From: a virus
Taxonomy: Duplodnaviria; Caudoviricetes
IMG/VR virus record: IMGVR_UViG_3300005980_000004
Location: 1 to 45,851 of that record
Direction: 5' to 3' (one strand)
DNA length: 45,851 bases
Shown here: positions 44,584 through 45,851 of the stretch, piece by piece
Numbering within the stretch: position 1 is the first letter of the stretch
Layout: each line of letters opens with the position of its first letter
Made by a program: the position numbers and the translations under genes
The notes under the pieces: model-generated
Database searches by the model: none
What the model was told of the DNA's origin: nothing
The model's input: only the letters and a program-made list of their open reading frames with translations

Positions 44584-45207
44584 ATGTCCGCAGTTGAGAA
44601 AGCAGCACCGGCCGTAACCCCCCTAGCCATCGGCCACGCCTACGGCGGCGGTTTCGTCACCGGCATTACCCGCGACCCGGTAACCGGACAGCGCTTCCTG
44701 AACATCACCGCTGGTGCCGAGCATGAACTGGTCGGCAAGTGGGGCGAGTACGGCGAGAAGATCGAGGGCGCCGACAGCTTCACCGACAGCCTGGCCAATA
44801 CCCAGGCAATGGCGGCGGCAGGCAGCGAACTGGCAGCGAAGGTCCTGGCCCTGAGCATCGAAGGCTTCACCGACTGGGCAATCCCGGCGCGCGACGTGCA
44901 AGAGATGCAGTACCGCCACTTCAAACCGACCACCGAAGAAAACTGGGCAGGCGCCCGCAGCGGTGACAACCCGAACAGCGAGCCAGTAGGCCTGCTGTAC
45001 AGCGAAGAAGACCCGGCGCAGACCGCACACGCAGCATTCCAGGAGGGCGGCGCCGAAGCCTTCCGCGACACCTGGTACTGGTCGAGTTCGCAGCGCTCAG
45101 CCAGCATCGCATTCAACATGTACTTCGGTGATGGCTATCAGGGCAGCCACGACAAGCTCCGCGAGCTCCGTGTCCGCCCCGTCCGCAGAATTCTGATCGA
45201 GGCTTAA
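44584..45207 (+). CDS. DUF1566/CLec-like DGR target protein 2
   Basis: GGGFV.G, D...NT.AM, DW.IPARD..E, YWSSSQ and RVRPVRR motifs; carries VR2. Confidence 0.85.
   Translation: MSAVEKAAPAVTPLAIGHAYGGGFVTGITRDPVTGQRFLNITAGAEHELVGKWGEYGEKIEGADSFTDSLANTQAMAAAGSELAAKVLALSIEGFTDWAIPARDVQEMQYRHFKPTTEENWAGARSGDNPNSEPVGLLYSEEDPAQTAHAAFQEGGAEAFRDTWYWSSSQRSASIAFNMYFGDGYQGSHDKLRELRVRPVRRILIEA
45076..45189 (+). repeat. DGR variable repeat VR2
   Basis: Partner of VR1; see the corresponding finding. Confidence 0.85.
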
Positions 45208-45211
45208 ATCA

Positions 45212-45673
45212 ATGGCGACACGTGAATCGCTGAAAGCCAGATCGGTGCGTGTTGGTGAATGCCTGATCTGGCGCGGAGGTCTGAACCCTGGTGGCTACGG
45301 CTATGTATGGCATGAAGGGAAGAATCGGGCGACTCATCGCGTTTCATACGAGATGAATGTCGGCCCGATACCCGAAGGCCTTGAATTGCTTCACTCCTGC
45401 GACACGCCATCATGTATTGAGCCTTCTCACCTGTCGCCCGGCACCCATGCCGCAAATATGAAGGAAATGGCAGACAGAAAACGCTGTAACCGGCCCTCAG
45501 GCGAAATGCATTCGCTCGCCAAGCTTACCGAGGCCCAAGCCGCCGACATTCGCAGGCGCTACAAGCCTTACTGCCGAATCAACAGCAGTTGCGCCATTGC
45601 GAAAGAGCTTGGCGTATCGCAGCGAACGGTTTGGGCGGTGATCAAGGGCATCACCTGGAAAGAGTCGTCCTAG
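45212..45673 (+). CDS. HNH (His-Cys/zinc-finger type) homing endonuclease with C-terminal HTH
   Basis: C..W.G....GYG, THRVSY, LHSCD.P.C.EP.HL..GT...N and AKLT...IAKELGVS motifs. Confidence 0.9.
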   Translation: MATRESLKARSVRVGECLIWRGGLNPGGYGYVWHEGKNRATHRVSYEMNVGPIPEGLELLHSCDTPSCIEPSHLSPGTHAANMKEMADRKRCNRPSGEMHSLAKLTEAQAADIRRRYKPYCRINSSCAIAKELGVSQRTVWAVIKGITWKESS

Positions 45674-45741
45674 CCCGTGTCGTGCTGAAGCGCGGCAACA
45701 GCGTCAACGCGGCGCTGACCAAGACCTACCAGAAGAAATAA
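45670..45741 (+). pseudogene. Putative 3' remnant of a DGR reverse transcriptase
   Basis: Startless frame LARVVLKRGNSVNAALTKTYQKK-stop with coding-like codon usage; resembles C-termini of Pseudomonas prophage DGR RTs as recalled, not searched. Confidence 0.55.
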
Positions 45742-45801
45742 CCCAACCCCATCAACGAATCACGCCAGCCGGCGAGGCAGGCGCACGCTTGGAGATAACC
45801 C

Positions 45802-45851
45802 ATGAGCACCTTTGCAGTGTTTGGAATGACCCTCGATGTCGCCATGGCCGA
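45802..45851 (+). CDS. Partial hypothetical protein running off the window
   Basis: GGAGA RBS; MSTFAVFGMTLDVAMA... Confidence 0.55.
   Translation, partial: MSTFAVFGMTLDVAMA

Larger units (their letters stand above)
73..45851. mobile_element. Lambdoid contractile-tailed prophage, right end outside window
   Basis: att fragment plus lysis, tail, head, replication, immunity and recombination modules in lambdoid order; no integrase in window. Confidence 0.95.

Noticed and set aside
44379-45189. One repeat serving as template for the other, or a simple recent duplication
   Set aside because: Adenines at mismatches are split 9 to 6 between the copies, so neither is the template; zero synonymous differences argue against neutral drift after duplication.

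Overview
Nearly the whole window is one lambdoid temperate prophage with a contractile tail, most likely from a Pseudomonas host (judged from the tRNA-Cys fragment and protein families). Its left end is a 48-bp 3' fragment of tRNA-Cys(GCA) at 73-120 (att site). No integrase is in the window, so the prophage continues past the right edge. The minus strand (279-35554) carries Cro, two RHH-like regulators, replication genes with an iteron origin, a nin-like region, a Q-like antiterminator, holins, terminase, portal, scaffold, P22-like coat, neck, sheath, tube, chaperone (with -1 frameshift), tape measure, baseplate, tail fibre, GH19 endolysin and Rz/Rz1. The plus strand (35665-45851) carries the CI repressor and the pL early operon with RecT/YqaJ. 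The main finding is an apparently decapitated diversity-generating retroelement: two tandem DUF1566-like genes share a 114-bp variable repeat with a clear adenine-mutagenesis signature, but no template repeat, avd or reverse transcriptase is present; an HNH gene sits in their place, followed by what looks like the last 23 codons of the RT. Other notable items are a T5 A1-like metallophosphoesterase in the nin region, a divergent Tad2/DUF2829-like gene among the neck genes, tRNA-mimic-like structured RNAs in the pL operon, a pseudoknotted RNA between tube and chaperone genes, and a LexA box in the att arm. All family assignments come from motif recognition and gene order; no database search was run.
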